Source: an uncultured Bacilli bacterium
GTDB lineage: Bacteria > Bacillota_I > Bacilli_A > RF39 > UBA660
Length of the DNA: 64,000 bases
Direction: 5' to 3'
Assembly: GCA_947581835.1 (NCBI GenBank)
Contig: CANPVV010000002.1
Coordinates: forward strand, 3,842 to 67,841
Numbering within the stretch: position 1 is the stretch's first letter; each line of letters begins with the position of its first letter. A program made the translations under genes and the position numbers. Of this stretch, positions 56,865 to 64,000 are shown in pieces. Under the pieces are notes generated by a model. The model was not told the DNA's origin, did no database searches, and was given only the letters and a program-made list of their open reading frames with translations.

Positions 56865-58192
56865 TAGTTTTCCTCCTTAAATGTATTTTTAAAGATATCT
56901 CCATAATCATAATGAGATAAACAATAAACTTTTAAAGATTTACTTTTTAATATATCTTCTTTCATAGAAGGTAAATCTTCTTTAATAATTATTTTAGCTT
57001 TAGGAATACCTGCAAGAATTAATCGAGTTTCAAGTTCATGTTTTTGTAAGCCACAAACATAAATATTATTAAGACTTTTATTATTTAATAATTCAAATTC
57101 AATATCATATAACCAAGATGCATCTGTATGAGGATATCTTTTACTAATAATACTATAACCTATAATTATATCTTTTAAATCTTTATCATCTTTTATTTTA
57201 AAGATAGCACTATTAAATGTTGTCGCATTCTCAGATTTACAGTTAAAATAACGAAATTTTTTATTTTGATAATCAAAGTATTCATCTTTATAAGTATTAA
57301 TTTCATTTAAAGTTGTACTTATCTTTTTATTTGATAAGCCTAATAGTTTTAAAGCAGCAAAAGCAGATACAACATTATAAGCTTGATATAAAGTATCACT
57401 ACCTAGATTAATAATTTCATTATCAATTTCAATTGTTTCTTTTTCTAAATCAAGATTTTTACCAATAGTATCTGGTTCATAATAAGAAAAATCACAATTA
57501 GAACAGTGGTAAGAACCTAAGTTTTCAAAGTTGTAATAATCATAAATTAATTTAGAATCACAGTTAGGACAAGTGGTAGTATTTAAATTTTCAAAAATTT
57601 GATTATGATAAGAATATTTATTTTCTTTAAGACTAAAATAGTTTATTTCATTGGGTAAATCTTTATTTAAATAGCGAAGAAAAGGATCATCCATTGTGGT
57701 TAGTATTTTAGTTTGTTCAGGAATACTTTTTATTATATCTTTATAAACTATATCAATTGTGTGTTGACGGGGTGGTTGATCTTTAGTTAAATTTGTTATA
57801 ACTAATAAAGTAGGATTAATACTTGTTAAAACCTCTTTGTTGTAGCGTTCATCTATTTCTAATACAAGATAATCAGTTTTTATTTTACCTGTTAGAGAAC
57901 TACATTTAATAAGAGAAGTTGTTATTCCAAAAGATAGATTAGAACCAGTGCTATTATGACAAACTTTATAACCATTTTTAGTTAAAGATTTGGCAATTAA
58001 ACTAGAGGTTGTACCTTTACCTGATGAACCAGTTATTACAATACGATTTTGGGGATATTTTAGTTTAGCTAAAAGATTTTTATCTATTTTTAAAGCAATT
58101 TTACCGGGTAGAGATGAGCCTCTTTTAAAAAGTTTACCTACTAATATTGTTATTTTACCTACTAATATTGCTATTAAATACATTGTTATCAC
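56864..58192 (-). CDS. murT: Lipid II isoglutaminyl synthase subunit MurT (Mur-ligase central domain + DUF1727 zinc ribbon)
   Basis: ITGSSGKGTTSSL (Mur ligase P-loop). C-terminal CPNCDSKL...CSNCD Cys4. Overlaps the gatD-like start. Confidence 0.75.
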   Translation of the reverse strand: MITMYLIAILVGKITILVGKLFKRGSSLPGKIALKIDKNLLAKLKYPQNRIVITGSSGKGTTSSLIAKSLTKNGYKVCHNSTGSNLSFGITTSLIKCSSLTGKIKTDYLVLEIDERYNKEVLTSINPTLLVITNLTKDQPPRQHTIDIVYKDIIKSIPEQTKILTTMDDPFLRYLNKDLPNEINYFSLKENKYSYHNQIFENLNTTTCPNCDSKLIYDYYNFENLGSYHCSNCDFSYYEPDTIGKNLDLEKETIEIDNEIINLGSDTLYQAYNVVSAFAALKLLGLSNKKISTTLNEINTYKDEYFDYQNKKFRYFNCKSENATTFNSAIFKIKDDKDLKDIIIGYSIISKRYPHTDASWLYDIEFELLNNKSLNNIYVCGLQKHELETRLILAGIPKAKIIIKEDLPSMKEDILKSKSLKVYCLSHYDYGDIFKNTFKEEN

Positions 58193-58792
58193 CTAATTAA
58201 TTTTATCATTAATACAATGTTTTTAAAAGAGGGACATTAAAAAAAGTAAAAATTATTACTTAAAAAAAATTAAATGAAGTAAATATAGTATTAGACGTTG
58301 TTTTAAATAGAAATGCAAATAATAATATAAAAATTATAAGATTGTCAAGTCTGTAATTTAAAAAATCGCACATTAGATTTTATTTTAAAAAATTGATATT
58401 CTTTATGCGTGAAAGCCATTAATCATAATTATCAAAGTAAATAATTAAGAGATATTTAGAAAAAAAGTTTATGAAGGAGGTTAAAAGGCTAGTGTTTTAA
58501 AAATAGGTAAATTATATAAAATTCTTAGAAATTCTTTTGATAATTAGTTTAATGACTTAAATGGATAGGAGGAAAATTAATGGATATAAAATTAACAATA
58601 AAATATTTGAAAAATAATAAACGAAGATGGACATTTCAATTTAAAAAAGATAAGAAAATATATCAATTGGTAATATTAATTTAAAATTTAGAGAAATGTT
58701 TAAAAAAATATGTAAGTTCTTATATTGACTTAGGATGCTCTGGAAAATAAAGAACTTGGTATTAATATAAAATTATGATATAATGCAATTAG

Positions 58793-59392
58793 GTGAGCAG
58801 TATGAAGTCAAAAAAGAAATATATAATATTTGGAATAATCTTATTTATTTGTTTAACTATTTTATTTTTTACAGTAATAAAGAAATTGGATAAAGAAGAG
58901 ATATTATTTCCTGATTATGAACATTATCAATTAGATAATAAAAAAGGCCTTTATTACGATTTTATAGATGGTGAAGAATTAATGGCTTATAAAATTATTA
59001 AAACAGGTGAAAATGAATCTGGTGAAGTAGATAGTTTATATTATAAAATTAATTCTAAAATTGATGACTATATTTTGTTAGATGAGTTACCTTCAGATAA
59101 ATCTGAAAATCTTTTAGATGAAGCATACACTTTATTTTATGAAGATAAATTATATTTAGTAAGATATTATGATATTTATGAATATAAGCTTAATAAAGAA
59201 AAGGTAGATAAAAAGCAAATAAATTTTGATACTTCTAATGTAGATACAGATTTATGTATAACTCAATTTAATAAAATCGAAAATAATTTCATATACCTTT
59301 CAGCTAGTGTTTATAGAGTTGGTAGCGATGTTAGAAAAAGTTATAAAATGAAATGTAGTTTAAGTAATTATGTATGTGAAAAGGTTGAATAA
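58793..59392 (+). CDS. Hypothetical N-terminally anchored protein (199 aa)
   Basis: ORF track. TM IIFGIILFICLTILFFTVI. Confidence 0.35.
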   Translation: MSSMKSKKKYIIFGIILFICLTILFFTVIKKLDKEEILFPDYEHYQLDNKKGLYYDFIDGEELMAYKIIKTGENESGEVDSLYYKINSKIDDYILLDELPSDKSENLLDEAYTLFYEDKLYLVRYYDIYEYKLNKEKVDKKQINFDTSNVDTDLCITQFNKIENNFIYLSASVYRVGSDVRKSYKMKCSLSNYVCEKVE

Positions 59393-59713
59393 AATGTTAA
59401 AAATGGAATAGCTACTAATTTATTAGTTAATCAATTTATATAATAATCTTAAAAAAAGATTTAATACTAATAACAAGAACATAACCAAAGTTCTTGTTTT
59501 ATATATGTTAAAGTGTTAAAATATTTTAAGTAAAAACACCTATGATTATTAGCATTTATTTAAGGGTAATATTTTTGTGACTTTAATGCGTTTTTTATTC
59601 GTAACGAGCCAAAAATTGGCTAAAATCGGTTAAAAAAATTTGTTTCAAAATACAAATTTTAAGCCAAAAGTACGAATTTTTAGGTTAATAGTAATCATAG
59701 TGAGGAGGTAATT

Positions 59714-61660
59714 ATGTTCGATTTAGTATCAAAATATAAACCAAGTGGAGACCAACCAGAGGCTATTAAAGAGTTGGTGGAAGGAATTAAAAATGGCAAG
59801 AAAGAGCAGGTTTTACTGGGTGCAACAGGAACTGGAAAAACTTTTACAATTGCCAATGTGATTAAAGAAGTGAATAAACCAACTTTAGTTTTAGCTCATA
59901 ATAAGACTTTAGCTGGACAGTTGTACAGTGAGTTTAAAGAATTGTTTCCAAACAATCATGTTGAATATTTTGTATCTTATTATGATTATTATCAACCAGA
60001 GGCCTACGTTCCATCAAGTGATACTTATATTGAAAAAGATGCTTCCATTAATGATGAAATTGATGAATTAAGACACTCCGCTACAAGTAGTTTAATCAGT
60101 TATAATGACGTAATTGTAGTTGCTTCTGTATCTTGTATTTATGGTATTGGTGAAAAAGAAGAATACGAAAAATCAATGTTAATTTTAAATATAAATCAAG
60201 AAATAAAAAGAAATGATATAATGAATCATTTAATAGATATGACTTATGAACGCAATGACTTAGATTTTCATCGAGGAACTTTTAGATGCCGTGGAGATAT
60301 AATTGATATTATTCCATCTAATGAACATGATCATGGAATTAGAATTGAATTATTTGGAAATACCATTGATAGAATTTCTACTTTTGATCCTTTAACGGGA
60401 GTAATAATATCTGATAAAAAAACCATTACTATATCTCCAGCAAGTCACTTTGTTACTTCACCTGAAAAATTACAAGAAGCTTGTCGCAGAATTGAAGAAG
60501 AATTAGAAATAAGACTAAAAGAATTAAAAGAAGAAGGCAAGTTAATTGAAGAACAACGTTTAAGAGAAAGAACTAATTATGATTTAGAAATGTTAAAAGA
60601 AACAGGTTTTTGTAATGGAGTAGAAAATTATTCAAGACATTTAGCTTTAAGAGGAGCCGGCGAAACTCCAACTTGTTTAATTGACTTTTTTCCTAAAGAT
60701 TTTTTACTCGTAGTAGATGAGTCCCATGTTACTTTACCCCAAGTAAGAGGTATGTATAATGGTGATAGAATGAGAAAACAAACTTTGGTAGATTATGGTT
60801 TTCGTCTTCCAAGTGCTTTAGATAATCGACCTCTTAATTTTAGTGAATTTGAGAAAAAAATAAATCAAGCTATATATGTTTCAGCAACACCTGGTGATTA
60901 TGAGTTAGCACATACTAATAATTTATACGCCGAACAAATTATAAGACCTACAGGATTATTAGACCCTACAATTGAAATTAAAGGAACAGTCGGTCAAATT
61001 GATGATATAATAAATGAAATTAAAAAACGTATTTCTTTAAATGAAAGAGTTTTAATAACTACTTTAACTATACGGATGGCTGAAGAATTAACTAATTATT
61101 TAAAAGAGATGGGAATAAAAGTAGCTTATCTTCATAGTGAGGTTAAAACGCTTGAACGATTAAAAATTATTAGAGAACTTAGACTTGGAACTTATGATTG
61201 TATTGTAGGTATTAATCTTTTAAGAGAAGGTTTAGATATTCCTGAGGTTAGTTTAATTTGTATTCTTGATGCTGATAAACAAGGATTCTTAAGAAGTGAA
61301 AGAAGTTTAATTCAAACAATTGGAAGATGCGCTCGTAATCAAAATGGTCATGTTATTATGTATGCCGATACTGTAAGTGATGCAATGGAAAATGCGATAA
61401 AAGAAACTAAAAGAAGAAGAGAAATTCAAGAAAAATATAATATTCTACACAATATAACTCCTAAAACTATTGAAAAAGAAATAAAAGAAGTAGTATCTAA
61501 TGAGATAGAGGCAACAGTTAAAAAAGAAAAAATGACCAAGAAAGAAAAAGAAAATGTATTAGCAACTTTAGAAAATGAAATGTTAGAGGCTGCTAAGAAT
61601 CTTGATTTTGAAAGAGCTATGGAACTTAGAGATATAATTTTTGAAATGAAAAAGAATTAA
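59714..61660 (+). CDS. uvrB: Excinuclease ABC subunit B
   Basis: N-terminal [35 protein letters not shown]. Helicase motifs. C-terminal UVR domain ...[23 protein letters not shown]. Confidence 0.9.
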   Translation: MFDLVSKYKPSGDQPEAIKELVEGIKNGKKEQVLLGATGTGKTFTIANVIKEVNKPTLVLAHNKTLAGQLYSEFKELFPNNHVEYFVSYYDYYQPEAYVPSSDTYIEKDASINDEIDELRHSATSSLISYNDVIVVASVSCIYGIGEKEEYEKSMLILNINQEIKRNDIMNHLIDMTYERNDLDFHRGTFRCRGDIIDIIPSNEHDHGIRIELFGNTIDRISTFDPLTGVIISDKKTITISPASHFVTSPEKLQEACRRIEEELEIRLKELKEEGKLIEEQRLRERTNYDLEMLKETGFCNGVENYSRHLALRGAGETPTCLIDFFPKDFLLVVDESHVTLPQVRGMYNGDRMRKQTLVDYGFRLPSALDNRPLNFSEFEKKINQAIYVSATPGDYELAHTNNLYAEQIIRPTGLLDPTIEIKGTVGQIDDIINEIKKRISLNERVLITTLTIRMAEELTNYLKEMGIKVAYLHSEVKTLERLKIIRELRLGTYDCIVGINLLREGLDIPEVSLICILDADKQGFLRSERSLIQTIGRCARNQNGHVIMYADTVSDAMENAIKETKRRREIQEKYNILHNITPKTIEKEIKEVVSNEIEATVKKEKMTKKEKENVLATLENEMLEAAKNLDFERAMELRDIIFEMKKN

Positions 61661-61810
61661 AAATTAGAAAATTAAATGTATTATTAAAAGGCTTATTAAA
61701 TATTTTATTAATGTTTTTACTTATAAATTTTTATTACTTTTTTTATTAACCCTTTAAACTTACTTGAAGAATATTATAATTTATGATAAATTATTTTTAG
61801 GTGATTAAGG

Positions 61811-63670
61811 ATGAAAAAAATGTCGAAATTAAAGATATTTATTCTAAGTATATTAACAACCTTATCTATATATAGTGAATTTATTTTAAAAGAAATGATT
61901 ATAGTTTATGAAAAGATAAATAAATTTGAAATTAAAAATTTAATTAAATTTAGTTATTCTAATACAACTTTTTTCTTACTTTTAATGCTTACTATTGCTT
62001 TAATTATTTTTTATAATAAATTTAAAGATTTAAAAACTTATAAAGCTTATAATATTTTAAGTTTAGTTTTTTCCTTCTTTTTAGTTTTTGGTTTTAGTTA
62101 TAGTATTGTTGGTTCTTCGGCTTTAGTTACTGGTAATATTATTTTAGTTATTATTTCTTTAATTAAATATTATTGTTATTATAGTTTTTTAAAAGTACTT
62201 TTAAATTTAGTTTTGAAATGTCTTCAAGAATTAGATTTAAATAAAATTAAAATACCTAATATTTTTCATAAGTTTGTTAGTTATTATGAGAAACACCCTT
62301 ATAAAACTATTATTATTACTATTTTAATTGCTTGGAGTCCTTATATAATTAGTTTTTATCCAGGAATATTATCACCAGACCCTTCAAATCAAATAAAGCA
62401 GTATTTTGGTTTACCTACTCATTATATTGAAGGAGTTAATTTAATTGATAAAAATGTTTTAATAACAAATCATCACCCTATTTTTCATACAGCAATATTA
62501 GGAGGTTTTGCTAAAATTGGTTATGATATGGGAAGTATTAATATTGGTTTATTTATGTTTACTACTTTTCAATTATTTTTAGTAATAAGTGCTATAACCT
62601 ATTTGTTGGTTTATTTAAAAAAATTAGGAGTTCCTTTGATTTTTCAGTTTGTAACACTTATTTTGTTTGCTTTAGTTCCCGTTTTTCCACTTTATGCGAT
62701 GAGTAGTGTTAAAGATACCTTTTTTGGGGCTTTACTAGTATTTTATTTAATTGAGCTACATAAACTTTTAACTAATCAAAAATATGATTTAATTAATTAT
62801 ATTACTTTAGGTTTATTAATTTTATTTATGATGCTTGTTCGTAATAATGGTATTTATATGATTTTACTTAGTTTTCCTATCCTTTTATTTTTATTAAAGG
62901 ATAAAAGAAAAATGCTTGCTTTAACTTTATTTTTAAGTGTTTTTGGATATGAGTGTCATAATAAAATTTTACTTCCTGTGATGCATATTACAAATGGTAG
63001 TATTAGAGAGACTTTATCAATTCCTTTTCAACAAACTGCAAGATATGCTAAATATTATCCTGATGATATAAATAGTGAAGAGAAAAAAATTATTGATAAA
63101 ATACTTAATTATGAGACTTTGGCATCGAGATATAAACCTAATATTTCTGATCCTGTAAAAAATGAATTTAATAAAGATACGACAACTCAAGATTTAATAA
63201 AATATTTTCAAGTTTGGTTTAAATGTTTTTTAAGACATCCAGGAGTTTATTTTGATGCTACAATTAATACTGTTTATGGTTATTTTTATCCTAATACATC
63301 TAATTGGTATCTTTATTATAATTATGATAAGAGATTAATAGAAAGTAATTTAAATTATCATTATAATGATTTATCTTTTATTAGAAATACTTTAAGTTCT
63401 ATTGGAGTGTCTTATCCATATATTCCTGTGTTGGGTTCTTTAGTAAATATTGGATTTGTTGTTTGGGTATATTTTTATTTATTATGTTTATTTATAGTTT
63501 TACATAAAAAAAGATTTATAACATTACTTATGCCGGCTTTGGCTTTAGTCTTAATTTTGGTGGCAGGTCCAGTTAATACTTACTTTAGATATGTATTTCC
63601 TTTAGTTTTAAGCTTACCTTTAATATTAGGAATTACTTATAAGGAAATAAAGGTGAAAAATAAGTCCTAG
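61811..63670 (+). CDS. Large polytopic integral membrane protein (619 aa, >10 TM), function unknown (GT-C-like topology possible)
   Basis: ORF track. Hydrophobicity pattern. Confidence 0.4.
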   Translation: MKKMSKLKIFILSILTTLSIYSEFILKEMIIVYEKINKFEIKNLIKFSYSNTTFFLLLMLTIALIIFYNKFKDLKTYKAYNILSLVFSFFLVFGFSYSIVGSSALVTGNIILVIISLIKYYCYYSFLKVLLNLVLKCLQELDLNKIKIPNIFHKFVSYYEKHPYKTIIITILIAWSPYIISFYPGILSPDPSNQIKQYFGLPTHYIEGVNLIDKNVLITNHHPIFHTAILGGFAKIGYDMGSINIGLFMFTTFQLFLVISAITYLLVYLKKLGVPLIFQFVTLILFALVPVFPLYAMSSVKDTFFGALLVFYLIELHKLLTNQKYDLINYITLGLLILFMMLVRNNGIYMILLSFPILLFLLKDKRKMLALTLFLSVFGYECHNKILLPVMHITNGSIRETLSIPFQQTARYAKYYPDDINSEEKKIIDKILNYETLASRYKPNISDPVKNEFNKDTTTQDLIKYFQVWFKCFLRHPGVYFDATINTVYGYFYPNTSNWYLYYNYDKRLIESNLNYHYNDLSFIRNTLSSIGVSYPYIPVLGSLVNIGFVVWVYFYLLCLFIVLHKKRFITLLMPALALVLILVAGPVNTYFRYVFPLVLSLPLILGITYKEIKVKNKS

Positions 63671-63724
63671 GTTATAGGACTTTTAAATTTAATAATTTTT
63701 AGAAATAATTGATAGAATTAGAAT

Positions 63725-63949
63725 TTATAATAGTATAAAGGCGATAGTATTACAAATAACAGCAATAAAAAACATAATACCAGTAAATAAATCTGTTTTA
63801 TCTTTTCTTATTTTATAACGACTTAAAAAAGTAATGCAGTTATAAGCACATAATAAACTAACAATAGATGCTAGAGGGGTATCTTTAAAAAATGAAATTA
63901 ACATTAAAATAATAGAAAATAAAACCATACCAATAATTCCATATTTCAT
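63725..63949 (-). CDS. Small membrane protein (74 aa)
   Basis: ORF track. Two TM helices. Confidence 0.3.
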   Translation of the reverse strand: MKYGIIGMVLFSIILMLISFFKDTPLASIVSLLCAYNCITFLSRYKIRKDKTDLFTGIMFFIAVICNTIAFILL

Positions 63950-64000
63950 CGATTTTAAATTTACTAATTCTGTTAATTTAATGATATTTTCTTCACTCTT

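Noticed and set aside
58560-58690. 34-codon ORF with GGAGG RBS (MDIKLTIKYLKNNKRRWTFQFKKDKKIYQLVILI) in the murT-upstream spacer
   Set aside because: It is too short and compositionally typical of AT-rich random frames. It is noted as a possible micro-protein but not called.
59400-59713. Looked for a LexA/Cheo box (CGAACNNNNGTTCG) upstream of uvrB
   Set aside because: No GAAC-N4-GTTC motif was found. Only CGTAACGAG and GTACGAAT partial matches occur.
1-64000. Mollicutes-type genetic code (TGA=Trp) suggested by extreme AT-richness
   Set aside because: Trp is encoded by TGG in conserved positions, e.g. gyrB LVWEI. TGA is used as a stop, e.g. pth ends ...HNK-TGA. Long intact ORFs occur under code 11.
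1-64000. Prophage, IS element, integrase or transposase
   Set aside because: No recombinase, transposase DDE or terminase-like ORF was identified in any frame. The IR cassette at 55.9-56.2 kb has no associated enzyme.

Overview
AT-rich (about 25-30% GC) chromosomal origin region of a low-GC Bacillota-type bacterium using the standard code: TGG encodes Trp, and TGA (pth) and TAA (recF) serve as stops. The layout is the classic one: jag-yidC-rnpA-rpmH on the minus strand, a DnaA-box oriC, then dnaA-dnaN-(comK)-recF-gyrB-gyrA, tadA-dnaX-ybaB-recR, holB-ricT(yaaT)-methyltransferase-pth-mfd on the plus strand. Downstream lie a mixed accessory/core block (PadR/DUF1700; a standalone Clp-D1-like AAA+ with a DapB-like oxidoreductase; a PD-(D/E)xK+DUF2075 nuclease-helicase; tandemly duplicated membrane protein genes; a FAD/Rieske oxidoreductase; tRNA-His) and a minus-strand block holding parB, rsmG, mnmG, mnmE, a polyprenol-kinase pair, rpsI-rplM, truA, two degenerate EcfA-like genes, murT and a gatD-like gene, followed by uvrB. 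The most striking features are: (1) five perfect or near-perfect parS palindromes (TGTTTCACGTGAAACA) clustered in the ~600-bp gyrA-tadA intergenic region; (2) a ComK homolog in the dnaN-recF slot; (3) an orphan, unusually long ParB with no ParA, displaced to the right of oriC; (4) catalytically dead EcfA/EcfA' relics without EcfT, and a GatD lacking its Cys/His catalytic residues; (5) an inverted-repeat-flanked ~260-bp cassette with a small ORF; (6) a ~22-kb lagging-strand-encoded block that includes ribosomal protein genes. No rRNA, CRISPR, transposase or integrase was found.
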